Shown here piece by piece: positions 13,417-26,161 of a DNA stretch of 64,000 bases (the first letter of the stretch is position 1; each line of letters begins with the position of its first letter). Position numbers and translations under genes: made by a program. A model generated the notes under the pieces. That model made no database searches and was not told the origin of the DNA. It saw nothing but the letters and a program-made list of their open reading frames with translations. Origin of the DNA: Octopus sinensis (Eukaryota); assembly GCF_006345805.1 (NCBI RefSeq), contig NC_043002.1, forward strand, positions 35,588,001-35,652,000. Reading direction: 5' to 3'.

Positions 13417-13734
13417 TGTGTGTGTGTGTATGCATTTCTCCCTCCTCAACTTACTGGTTTGCTGAAAAAGACTGATAGAATAAGTATCAGACTTCAAAAA
13501 TAATAAGCTTTGGGGTTGATTTGTTTGATTAAATCCTTCAAGTGCAGTCCAATGACTAAAAACAAGTTGAAAGGCGCAGGTATGGCTGTGTGGTAAGGAG
13601 TTTGCTTCCCAACCACATGGTTTCGGGTTCGGTCCCACAGCATGGCACCTTGGACAAATGTCTTCTATTATAGCCTTGGACTAACCAAAGCCCTGTGAGT
13701 GGATTTGATAGATGGAAACTGAAAGAACTCCATT

Positions 13735-13771
13735 CTCCTTTCTGATGAAGAGCTATGCTCAAAATGTTAAA
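13735..13771 (+). ncRNA. CpG-decayed minimal hammerhead motif
   Basis: UUU-CUGAUGA-A-GAGC-UAU-GCUC-AAAA-UGU-U-AAA. Restoring two CpGs gives GCUC-GAAA-CGU-U. Confidence 0.4.
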
Positions 13772-13864
13772 CTCTCTCCTTTCACCAAGTGCCAAGCTAA
13801 TATATTTCTTGTGCACATCTTCATGTTAATTTTTTTCTTTTCTTTTTTTCTTTGCCTTTGAATT

Positions 13865-13900
<36 letters not shown>

Positions 13901-16900
13901 GTTTGTGTCTGTGTTTGTCTCCCACCACTGCTTGACAATCTCTGTTGGTGTGTTTATGACCCCATAACTTAGTGGTTTGGCAAAGAGACCGATAAAATAT
14001 GTACCATGCTTAAAAAAAAAATAAGTACAGGGGTCAATTCATTCGACAGTGCCCCAGTATGACTGCAGTTTAATGACTGAAACAAGAGGTAAAAGAGATA
14101 AAAAGGTAGTGCACATCATCATTGTTTAACATCTTCCTTCCATGCTGGCATGGGTTGGACAGTTTGACAGGAGCTGACCAGGCAGAAGCCTGCACTATAC
14201 TTCTGTGTCTGCAGAATGGACTGAGTGCTTTTTACGTGGCACCAGAACAGGCGAGATCAGTTTTGGCATGGTTTTTCAAGTGGGTGCCCTTCCAAATGCC
14301 TACCACTTTACAGTATGGACCGGATGCTTTTTAAGTGGCACCTGCACTGGCAGGGTCATCAAGTAACTTGCAAGATAAGAAGTCTTTGAGAAGGGAGGGG
14401 GAATTGGTGGAGGTGATCTTGTATCAGATGATGAAAGGTTAGAGTGAGACTTTCTGTCACACTCTATCCTTTCATCATCTGACACAAAATGTACACGATT
14501 TATTAAAATTGTGTTTTGTTCTATACTACATTATATAGTATGTTAGTGTGTTGTACTGTAGGTACAGCCTTGTGGTTAAGAAGATAGCTTCTTAATCAAG
14601 GGGTCTTGGGCTTGATTTTATTATGGAGCATTTTGGGTTAGTGTCTTCAACCATAGTGTTGAGCTGACCATGCCTTTGAGAATGATTAGATAGATAGAAA
14701 CTGTGGAATCATGACAGATACTCACTGTAATCCAAATTTCCAGCTTTGTCACAAGCTATTTAAAGCTGATATTGCCCAAGGATTGTGTTAAGGTTACAAG
14801 TGTCTTTTTGTAACACTTGCTACTTACTTTATTTTCTGGAATACGTGTCAAACTTTTCAACCCAAAATTTACAGCCAAAAAAGGCAAGTTGACTTACACA
14901 TCAACAGCTTTGGAGGACTAAAAAAATTTGTGTGCGAAATGCAACAGGATTTGGAAAGGTAGTGATGATGTTTAAATGTTTACACTTATGTTGAAAATAC
15001 AGCAATCTATGATTCAAATGAGTGGGTCAAACAGCTGGAGTGTCAGAACTCAGGATGGAGCCACATTATTATATTCTGTTTTACAGTGCACAGTTATTGT
15101 ACTGATTGTGTTGTGGAATAAAACATTTCATTTTGTGTATTGATCATTATCAGTGTGTAAGGTCAAGTATATTGGATTTTTACTTTTGTAAGTTAAGGTC
15201 TTCATTTTCATCTTTCTCTCCCACCTCTGTCCCTCCTTCTATCTCCTCTTTGCCTGTCTCTCTCACCTCTCTTATGTCACTATTTCCTTTCTTTCGCTTC
15301 ACTCTTTCCTCTCTTGTCTCATTTTCTTTCCTTTCTCTCCTTCCCACTTCCCTCATTCTCTCTCCCCCCTGTTCCCTGTCCTTTTATTTATACATAGAAT
15401 CATTTATTTATACTACTACTACTACTACTGCTGCTGCTACCACTACTACTACCCCCCCGACCACTACCATTTTTTACAAATGTAGAAGTACATTGATTAA
15501 GATGTGTCTTTACATTAAATATGTATGTGTGTGTATGTGTATATATATATGAAATGCACACATACTTACAAATAAAATCATACACATTTGTGTTTGATTG
15601 TATTTTGCTAAGATATTGATTATTTTTTTGTTTTACATAGCAAAAGAATCAAAAAAGAAAATGTAATTTCATTTAAGATCAACCATGTTGTTATTTCTAC
15701 ATATTGGCATATCTCAGATGGAAGCAGCAGGATGTTGATTTGGCTTTAAAAAAAAACATTATCTGCACAAATGCATATGTACACACATATACACATACAT
15801 GCAAAATATTGACACATATGCAGGCTAACACACAAACATGCATGCAGTTACATGTATTGTTATAGAACACATAGGACTTTCAATGTATTTATTCTTCACC
15901 ACATTGATTACTTAATAATTTAATACATGATGATAATAATGATGGTGATGATATAATTGATTTCTTACATAGATATAAACTTATAAATTTAAGGAAAAAA
16001 GAGGTATATAGTTAATATTACCCAGTATATAGCTGATACCTCTTTCATTGATGCCTCACGAGAATGGAAAGTATAGGCAACTCTGATGAGATTTTTACTC
16101 AGAATATAAAGAGATGCAACTAAACACTGTATATTATTTTTTGCCTGTTTCTCTAATGATTATGTCAGTCCTTTCTGTTCTTTATGCCAATATAATTGAC
16201 ATGGCTATGTGGTTAAAAAGCTCATTTTCTGGCCACATGGTTTCAAGTTCAGTCACACTGTGCTTCACCTTGGGCAAGCATCTTCTACTATAGCCCCAAG
16301 CTGAGTGAATTTGGTTGGCAGAAACTGTGTGAAATCCTATCATGTATGTATGCATGCATGTGTGTGTGTATGTCTAGTGTATCTCTGTCTCTCGCCCTGC
16401 CCCCACTGTTTGTCAAACAGTGTTGGTTTGTTTGCAGTCATGTAACTTGGTGGTTCAGCATAAAAGACCAAATCAGTGAGTACCAGATTTAAAAATAAGT
16501 AGAGGCTGATTTTGACTAGAAACCCTTCCAGGTGGTGCTCCTGTTTGGTCACACTTCAATGACTGAAACAAGTAAAATAAAATAAATTAAAAAATGTTTC
16601 ATTTATCATCATCATAACAGCCATCATAGAGTGCTGAGCTTAGATCTTCCTCTTGTAAAATTAGTCAAGACAGTATTCATTCTATTGTGGTCTTTTTTGG
16701 ATATTAAATATTGATGAAGTCTTCAGCACTGCTCTAACTCCAAAATATATTAGGGTTAAGTACTTTATACAACCAATATAAGTATATCTGTATATACATA
16801 CATGTACATATGTGCGAAAATGTTTTTGTGGGTGGAGAGGATATATTTAGATTTAATTTTTGTATTTCTGATTTCATAATTGAGCTGGAAAGAATTTGTT

Positions 16901-17602
16901 AGAAACACCAGCATTTAGACTAGGCACAAGAAACCTTTTTTTTGAGAAGTAAGCCACAGGAGACATGGCTTATTGTCGGGTTGGCCACACTACTAAAAAA
17001 GTCAAGGAAATTTTTTGTTAGACACCCCATTCAGAAAGTTTGCCCATAACTAACTTAGACACTGCCACACTGGCTTGGAAAGTAAAGAAAATCACTACTT
17101 CCACAATTGAGTTTTATTTCCAAGAGAATAAATTGTGTTTTATCATATTCAAAACATATCGGTTCTAGTAAGGCTTGAATTATCATGAATTACAAAATCT
17201 ACAACGCTGAAAGAGTATCTTGCTCAGTTTCAGCTTCATCACAAAATTCTCAGCTTACTCATACATACCTCCTGTATACTTTGCACAGAAAAGATCAAAC
17301 ATGTTATCTAATTTACTTTTCTTTATATTGTTCTGTGCATTCTACCTCTTCTTCATTTTATGTCTGCTCCTTCATGCGGCCATATGTTTGGCAGAACTTT
17401 TCGAGGTGATGTTTTACAGGTGGTTGCCCTTTATGATGCTATCTCTTTCAGTTACATGTTATGACACTCAGATACATGCACCCTTTCTAAAATTTGCAAT
17501 ACAAATGATTGATTATAATATGCACATTAAATATGCTTGCATTAATTTGTCTATTGTTTATTCATTATTAATATTTTTTATATATTTTTTTTTTTATTGC
17601 AG

Positions 17603-17695
17603 TGCTACCTTGGTGATGCCTTCCGCTGTTCTGGGTGTCCCTATCTTGGAATGCCAGCTTTTAAACCTGGAGAAAAAGTGTCATTAGCCCTTTGA
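17603..17695 (+). CDS. CIAPIN1: Terminal coding exon of anamorsin / CIAPIN1 / Dre2 (Fe-S cluster assembly)
   Basis: After acceptor ttttattgcag it reads [30 protein letters not shown]. This is the conserved C-terminal end of the CX2CX7CX2C motif. AATAAA lies at 17700-17705. Confidence 0.93.
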   Translation, partial: CYLGDAFRCSGCPYLGMPAFKPGEKVSLAL

Positions 17696-19698
17696 TGTCA
17701 ATAAATTTTGTTCCATTTTTCTCTTTTCTTTTTTAATTTTCGTTTTCTAGTGGTTGAAGATTCTCTAACTTTGCTACTTGAATTCTGATAATGTTTGCAG
17801 CAGCTTCACCATTATTCAGAATAAAACTAAAAATCATCACTTTCATTAGCAAAAGTGTTACATTTGTTGTGATACTGTTTTGAGACAAAAACATAACCAT
17901 CCACCATCTTAACTTTGGAATCATGGGACCACTCCAAAATTTTCTAATAAATTAGCTTTATTCTTTGATTCTTCTCTTTGAGTTTTTTTTTAATTTCTTC
18001 TTCACTTTTATTTTTTTTTTTTTCCCCTTTGTTGGATTTTCTTAATTGAGTTAGTTTTGGCACGAAGTCACTCACTAACTCCCCGATGTGTAGACCATAG
18101 ATGTGCTGTATCCTCTTTCTGCCTATTTTACCACTACTGCAATGACCCCTGCTCCACAGAACTGGACAGTCTTGTGCTACCTCTACTCAGGATCTCTCAA
18201 CTCAATCGTTCTCCTTACATCACCTGTATTTTATCCAATACCCTCTCTCTAAGCCAAAGTGCTATATATCATAACTATTCCATTCTTCTTGTCAGCTGTC
18301 TATAATTCTTTCCTTGTGTGTCCTTCTTGTAGTTGTTGATTGCAATATTACCATAATCCTTTCTTATTTTGGCACAAGGCCAGCACATTCGTGGGGTGGG
18401 AAGTAATTACATTGACCCCTGTGCTCAACTGGTACTATTTTATCAATTTTGAAAGGATGAAATGCAAAGTTGACCATAGCAGCATTTGAACTCAGAACAT
18501 AAAGTCAGAAGAAATGCTGCTAAGCATTTTGTCCAGAATGGTAATGAGTCTGCCAGCTCACTGCCTTAGGCAATATTACCATAATAAAGCATTAAAGGAA
18601 TAGCATACAAACATGATAAGAAGTATTTGAATAAAATATATAATACAACAAGGTATTGCAATGAAAAATATAATACAATAAGATATATAACAAATCAGTA
18701 AGTTATCACAATAACAACAACATAGAAGCACATGTCATAGAAATTCGAGCTGTAAACAAGGACTGAATCTCCAAAATTAAGATAATACAACTTCATCTTC
18801 TAGACTATACTGTCAATTCTCAAAAGACATTCTATTTTTGTACTACAACACATTCAAAGCCAGAAGAGAAAACCCTTAAAAGGCTTTTTTTTAAAGGATG
18901 GACAGCAATCTGGGATTACGTTTATTGTTTCCTCTTAATGAATAACATACAACATACAATGATTAGTTCTGAGAAAGCATTAATCTTTTACATTAATTAC
19001 GCTTGCTTCTTTTGTTAAAAAAAAATTGCATGCATTCATAAACAATGAGCTTTGTTGTTTGTTTGAGTTCAAAGAATGGACTATTGAACCAATTAATAGC
19101 ACACTGCATTGTCGAAAGTGAAAGTAAACAGAGATGTTTATACACTCATCTTTTGAAAGATTATATTTTATCTGCTGAGGTGATTCTTACTGGAGTTGCT
19201 ATTTTAGTTTTCTTTCTGCACATGAGAACTGAGTCCAGGAACCTTCTGTCTAATGTTATCAAACATGGAGAGGCTGTGTAAAGTGAACATGCAGTTTTTC
19301 AATGTTAAGATGTTCACTCTCCACCTTTTAGGTGGAGATTTTGGGTTCAGTCCCATTCTGTGTCATCTTGGCAAGTATCTTCTACTATAGCTGGCTAACC
19401 AAAGCATTGTGAGTGAATTTGATAGAGAAACTGAAAAGACATATATATATAGGCACAAGCATAGCCCTGTGTCAAGAAGTTTGTTTCCCAACAATATAGT
19501 TCCCGGTTCAGTCCCTCTGCATGGCACCTTGCAACAAAACTTGTTGAAGCCTGTTTGGTATTTTAATAAATCTATTACAAAAATTTAAAAACAGCTACAC
19601 ATTTTGAGATTCAGGTGCATTTTCAAACCCCAAAACAAATTCTCCTATATTCTTTACTGTATGAGAACACAACTCTTTTCTTCATATATATATATATG

Positions 19699-19729
<31 letters not shown>

Positions 19730-20624
19730 CATTACAATTTATGCATCAATAGTGAATATTTCAGATATATACTAAGTATTTATGCTAACAACTCCATGAT
19801 ATAAAAAGAAAATAAGCTTTCCTATGGGACTCATTTCTCATATCTGTTACATTCACTATTGGTAACGTGGTCGCCTGGAATATGATAGATGTAAGGTCTC
19901 AGTCCCATGGGAGAGCTTCCTCTCTTTTCCTGTCCTCAATTATTTATTGAAAATGTTTATAAAATTTATGAGTATGTACAGTATATGACTGTATTTGTTA
20001 CATTTGCAAGTGTATAAATGAATATCATCATCATCATCTTTTAATATGTTTCCCATGCTGGCATGGATTGGATGGTTTGACAGGAGCTGATATGCCAGAG
20101 GACTGCATCAAGCTCCAATGTCTGCTTTGGTATGGTTTCTATGGTTGAATGTTCATCCTAACACCAACCACTTTATGGAGTGTATTGGGTACTTGTTATT
20201 TGGTAGCAGCAGTAAAGTCATCAAGTAACTTGCCAGACATTATCACCATTATCATTGTTTGCCATGATGGCATGTGGTTGATGGTTTGACAGGAGCTGAT
20301 GGGCCAGGGGACTGCTCTGGCACAGTCAAGTGAGTTGTAATCGTGGCTGATGCTGGTGCTTCATAACTGGCACCTGTGCTGGTGGCACGTAAAAAGCACC
20401 CACTACACTCTTGGAGTGGTTGGTATTAGGAAAGGCATCCAACTGTATAAACCATGCCAAATCAGATAGGAACCTGGTGCAGCTCCCAAGCTTACCAGTT
20501 TTCAGTCAAACTGCCCAAACCATGCCAGCATGGAAAATAGATGTTAAATGATGATGCTATATATATATATACGTATCAAATCAAAACAAATCAAAATAGA
20601 TGAACATCAATGGAATTTGTATCT

Positions 20625-21075
20625 TTGTGGTACCAGTGCCGGTGGCACACAAGAAAACCATCCGAACGTGGCCGTAGCCAGTACCGCATCGACTGGCCTC
20701 CGTGCTGTGGGCACGTAACAAACACCATCCGATCGTGGCCGTTCGCCAGCCTCATCTGGCACCTGTGTCGGTGGCACATAAAAACCCCATCCGAGCGTGG
20801 CCGTCTGCCAGCCTCGTCTGGCACCTGTGTCGGTGGCACATAAAAAACACCATCCAAACGTAGCCGTTTGCCAGCCTCGTCTGGCACCTGTGTTGGTGGC
20901 ACATAAAATCACCCACTACACTCTCGGAGTGGTTGGCGTTAGGAAGGGCATCCAGCTGTAGAAACACTGCCAGATCTGACTGGCCTGGTGCAGACTTCGG
21001 GCTCCCCAGACCCCAGTTGAACCGTCTAACCCATGCTAGCATGGAAAGCGGACGTTAAATGATGATGATGATGAT
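20625..21075 (+). mobile_element. RTE-LINE-type 3' tail element with five ~62-66-bp internal tandem units and an (ATG)n tail
   Basis: GGTGGCAC-like cores at 20641, 20708, 20770, 20832 and 20895, then the common tail cactacactctcggagtggttggcgttaggaagggcatcc...gacgttaaatgatgatg. Similar copies at about 3690, 14115, 21725, 24340, 46090 and 54165. Confidence 0.75.
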
Positions 21076-22193
21076 ATGGCATTAGGAAAGGCATCCAGCT
21101 GTAGAAACTCTGCCAGATCAAGATTGGAGCCTGGTACAGCCATCTGGCTTGCCAGCCCTCAGTCAAACTCGTCCAACCTATGCTAGCATGGAAAGCGGAC
21201 GTTAAATGATGATGCTATATATATATATATATCACACATGAACACTACTGTTTGTTTTTATGTCCATTTATAATAAAAACAACTTTACATTAATCTGATG
21301 GGTTACTCAATACTTTTGTAGAGTACAAATTTATTATTCTTATACAAGAATGTTGTTGACAATGACTGAAGTTTCAGCTAGCTAAACCAAAAATAACTAA
21401 AACTGATACCTCCCATACTTACCCACCTACCAAAAGGGACACACCTAAATACACCTAAAGTTGTACATACATGAATAAATTCTAAATATCAACATAACCC
21501 CAAATTTAACTCTTTAGCATTCACATTTCTTTGTCAAATGTAATGTTCATTTATTCACATTAATTTGAATTAGTCAAGTATTACATTGAAGCTTTGAGAT
21601 TTCAGTGATGTGATTGTTTATTTTTAGATTTAGAATAATACTGTAAGGGAAGTGTGAGAGGCCAGAGCTAGCCAGTTTGAAGATAAAACAAGTAGAATAT
21701 TTTGACTGGATATGGATATTTTGTGCAGGTGGCACGTAAAAAGCACCCACTACACTCGCGGAGTGGTTGGCGTTAGGAAGGGCATCCAGCTGTAGAAACT
21801 CTGCCAGATCAGACTGGAGCCTGGTGCAGCCCCTGGCTTCCCAGACCCTGGTCGAACCGTCCAACCCGTGCTAGCGCGGAAAACGGACGTTAAACGATGA
21901 TGATGATGATGATGGCTGGTTTAAATACTAAAGGTATAAACAAAACACTTCTCTATAACAACCCATCCTAAAACCTAATTGCCACTCCACTCTAACCCAC
22001 ATACCCAAGAAAGGTTTTAACTCAACAGAGACTACATAAAAGCCAAGGTTAAATTCAATGTATCACAGTCCAACGATGGCTTAACTGGCCAAAACTTTGA
22101 AGTAACTGTCAATGGTATTCTTGTTTCAGAATAATATATATATGTATATATGTAGGTGCAGGCATGGCTTTGTGGGCAAGTCTCTTCTACAAT

Positions 22194-22585
22194 GGATGGA
22201 TGGAAGCACTCCGTCGGTTACGACGACGAGGGTTCCGGTTGATCCGATCAACGGAACAGCCTGCTCGTGAAATTAACGTGTAAGTGGCTGAGCATTCCAC
22301 AGACATGTGTACCCTTAATGTAGTTCTTGGGGATATTCAGCGTGACACAGAGAGTGACAAGGCTGGCCCTTTGAAATACAGGTACAACAGAAACAGGAAG
22401 TAAGAGTGAGAGAAAGTTGTGGTGAAAGAGTATAGCAGGGATCACCACCATCCCCTGCCGGAGCCTCGTGGAGCTTTAGGTGTTTTCGCTCAATAAACAC
22501 TCACAACGCCCGGTTTGGGAATCGAAACCGCGATCCTACGACCGCGAGTCCACTGCCCTAACCACTGGGCCATTGCGCCTCTACG
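22194..22585 (-). mobile_element. tRNA-derived SINE (OR-like) nested inside an OK-like SINE
   Basis: Head GAGGCGCAATGGCCCAGTGG...GGTTTCGATTCC carries Pol III A and B boxes. 11-bp TSD TCTTCTACAAT at 22183-22193 and 22586-22596. Confidence 0.85.
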
Positions 22586-22684
22586 TCTTCTACAATAGCC
22601 CAAGGTCAACCAAAGCCTGTGAGTTGATTTGGTAGATGGAAACTGAAAGAAGCCCATCATAATGGCTGGTTTAGCAGCACCATA

Positions 22685-24590
22685 GTCAACTGCTACAAAG
22701 ATAATGGTAATGCCTCAGGTAAAAATAATTACAACAGTATCAAATTGTTGGATCAGGTGATGAAAATTACAGAGGAAGTCATAGACTAACTAATTAGGGA
22801 GAGAGTTAGTCTAGATGAGATGCAGTTTGGTTTTGTGCCTGGTAGAAGCACCACAGATGCTATATTTCTTGTAAGGCAACTGCAGGAGAAATACCTAGCC
22901 AAAGATAAACCTCTGTACTTGGCTTTTGTTGACTGGGAGAAAGCTTTTGACAGGGTTCTCCGATCCCTTATCTGGTGGTCAATGTGGAAACTAGGGATAG
23001 ATGAGTGGTCGGTGTCAGCTGTACGAGCCTTGTACAGGGACACTACCAGTAAGGTGAGAGTGGGCAACGAGTACAGCAAAGAATTCAGGGTACAAGTAGG
23101 GGTTCACCAAGGATCAGTCTTCAGACCCCTCATGTTCAAACAGGGGAATTCAAGACAGGCTGCCCCTGGGAGCTCCTCTATGCTAATGACCTTGCTCTTA
23201 AAGCCGAATCACTAACTGAACCAGAGAAGAAGTTCCAGGTAAGGAAACAAGTCTAGAATCAAAGGGCCTTCAAGTTAACTAGCAAAAACCAAAGTAGGAA
23301 AGCAGACAAATCACAAATCCCTTCAGATAGATAGCCCTGCTCAGTCTGTAGAAAAGGTGTAGGTAGAAACTTCATAAGATGCACCAGGGTAAGCTTTAGA
23401 GAGATAAAAGGTGCATCAACATCAGAGGAAGGTTAACAGGGAAACAAACTTTTGTATGTGGAAGGTGCACAGGTACAATATATGCTGAAAATGCGCAGAA
23501 AATAGACTCCATCAACTGCCAGTGGGGCAAGCTAGAGGTTGTAGATAGCTTCTATTATCTAGGTGACCAAATTAGTAGTGGAGGGGATGCTCGGAGAGTA
23601 CAGCTGTGAGAATAAGTTTAGGCTGGACAAAGTTCAGAGAGCTCCTACCCCTGTTGGCAACAAAGGGCCTCTCTCTCAGAGTGAAAGGCAGATTAACTGG
23701 TGCCTGTGTGCGATCAGCTGTGCTGCATGGCAGTGAAACATGGGATATAACAGCTGGGGTCATGTGTAGGCTTGAAAGAAGTGAAGCCAGTATGCTTTAC
23801 TGGATGTGCAATGTCAGTGTGCCTGTTCAACAGAGTGTAAGCATCTTGAGAGAAAAGTTATGCATAAGAAGAATTAGATGTGGTGTACTAGAGAGATGAC
23901 TGTGCTGGTATGGTCATATGATGTGTATGGACGAGGACAGCTGTGTAAAGAAGCACCGATCTCTAACTGTGGAGGGAACCTGTGGTAGAGGTAGACCCAG
24001 GAAAACATGGGATGAGGTGGTGAAGCATGATCTTTGAACTTTGAGCTTCACAGAGGCAATGATTAGTGACCGAGACCTTTGGCAATGTGCTGTGCTTGAG
24101 AGGACCCATCAAGCCATGTCGGTGGCATGAAAAGAACACATTTCGAGTATTGGGCCTTACAGAGGCAAAGTGGTTGAGTTCTTGAGTGTTGGGCCTCACG
24201 GAGGTAAAGTGGCTGAATTCATTTTGGGCATTGGGCCTTACGAAGGCAATGACCAAGACCTTTGGCATTATGTCATGCTTGAGAAGAAGACCCATCAAGC
24301 TGAGCAAAATCGCAGTCGTGGTAGATACTGGTGTCACACAAATTAGCACTTGTACTGGTGGCACATATATGCACCCCAGTGTCATGCAAATGGCATCCAT
24401 GCTGGTGGCATGTAAAAACATCCATTACACTCTCAGAGTGGTTGGCATTAGGAAAGGCATCCAACCATAGAAAACCATGCCAAATCTGACTGGAGTCTGG
24501 TGCAGCCTTCCAGTGTGCCAGCCCAGTCAAACTGTCCAACCCATGCCAGCATGGACAACAGACATTAAATGATGCTGCTGCTGATGATGA
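22685..24590 (+). mobile_element. 5'-truncated RTE-clade LINE, decayed RT plus 3' UTR
   Basis: QFGFVPGRSTTDAIF, AFVDWEKAFDRV, GVHQGSV, LGWTKFRELLPLL and GRGRPRKTWDEVVKHDL. Stops and deletions; (ATG)n-type tail. Confidence 0.9.
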
Positions 24591-26034
24591 TCATCATTAT
24601 TTAACATCCGTTTTCCATGCTAGCATAGGTTGGACAGTTTGACCAAAGCTGGCAAGCTGGAAAACTGCACCAGATTCCAGTCTGATTTGGCTTCGTCAAA
24701 AGTCACTTACCCAAAGTGGTGCAAAGTGGGACTGAACCCCAAATCTTCTTAAGCACACAATCATGGCTGCACCTATGTATTATACTTTTACAAAAAATAT
24801 TCTTTTTTTTTTTTGCTACTCTAGGCACAAGGCCCGAAATTTTGGGGGAAGGGGTCCAGTCAATTAGATTGACCCCAGTATGCAACTGGTACTTAATTTA
24901 TCGACCCCAAAAGGATGGAAGGCAAAGTCAACCTTGGTAGAATTTGATCTCAGAACATAAAGATAAACAAAATACTGCTAAGCATTTTGCCGTGCATGCT
25001 AATGGTTCTGCCAGTTCGCCACCATATTTTTACAAAATTGTTTGCATTATAACTCAATAAAACCGTAATGTTTGTGTGTGTATATGTGTGCTTGTGTATA
25101 CATATTCCTCATTCTCTTTTCTATTCTGTTATAACTTTTGCTACTAACAAGGAGAATGTTTCTCCTACTTTTCTTACCATCTTTTCAACAACATCTTTCT
25201 TTTTTTACATAAGCCATATTTTGCTCTCTCTCTCTCTCATACACACACAAGCATACTTTCTTTCTCTCTCTCTGATATCTTCTGTGTATCTCTTTTTCTC
25301 TATATGCATTTGCATTATATATATATCTATGTATACATATTCATGTATTAATATGCATTTGAAATATATATATATGAATGTATGCATGTATTCACACAGA
25401 CACAGACACACACATACATACAAACACATACACGTCCTTCTACTACCACTGTAGTTTCTACTCTACCCACCCCTCAGCATATCACAGCCTTTTCTAAACC
25501 AATCTCTCCAGCACCTACCAAACAAAGACCACAGTTGTTCTCCCATCAATCTTACTCTGTTACTGATCTTATATTAGCTCTTGATGCATGCACTGAATAG
25601 CAGATATCAATATCCCTTCTCTTCCATATGTTTTTTCTCCTTCTATACCTACTCTTTCTCCCATGCCACTGCTAAAATCTACATGATGTTAATAGAATTA
25701 CATTCTTTCATATAAATTCAATTACATATGCAAATGTTCTGGGTTTTCTGTCCATGCATGTGTTTTGCTGTATATCCAAGAAAACCAAATATTTCAAAAC
25801 CTGTATTCTATCTGATATCAACATATTGGTTTGTATATATTCAAAAATATACCATATCTATTAAATCAGGTATGTTTTTTTTAATATTGCATTTATATAT
25901 GTATAGCTCATTATGCAGCCATGCAGTTTTGGGTATAGTTTCACTTTGCGGCACCCTGGGCCCCATGCTGACCAGTGCCTTGTGAATTAATTTAGTTGAT
26001 GAAAACTGTGTGGATTCCTGTCATATATGTAAAA

Positions 26035-26077
<43 letters not shown>

Positions 26078-26130
26078 TGTGGTGTGTGTGTGTATGTATA
26101 TGTGTGTGTGTGTGTGCATGTATGTGTGTG

Positions 26131-26161
<31 letters not shown>

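Noticed and set aside
14875-15125. Possible CIAPIN1 internal exons
   Set aside because: No anamorsin motifs; the implied 44-nt intron gives an in-frame stop; part resembles transposon terminal sequence.
20630-20905. CRISPR array
   Set aside because: Eukaryotic context, no cas genes, linkers homologous to one another, and always attached to an RTE-type tail.
22510-22581. tRNA gene
   Set aside because: This is the tRNA-derived head of a SINE, continuous with the SINE body and flanked by a TSD.
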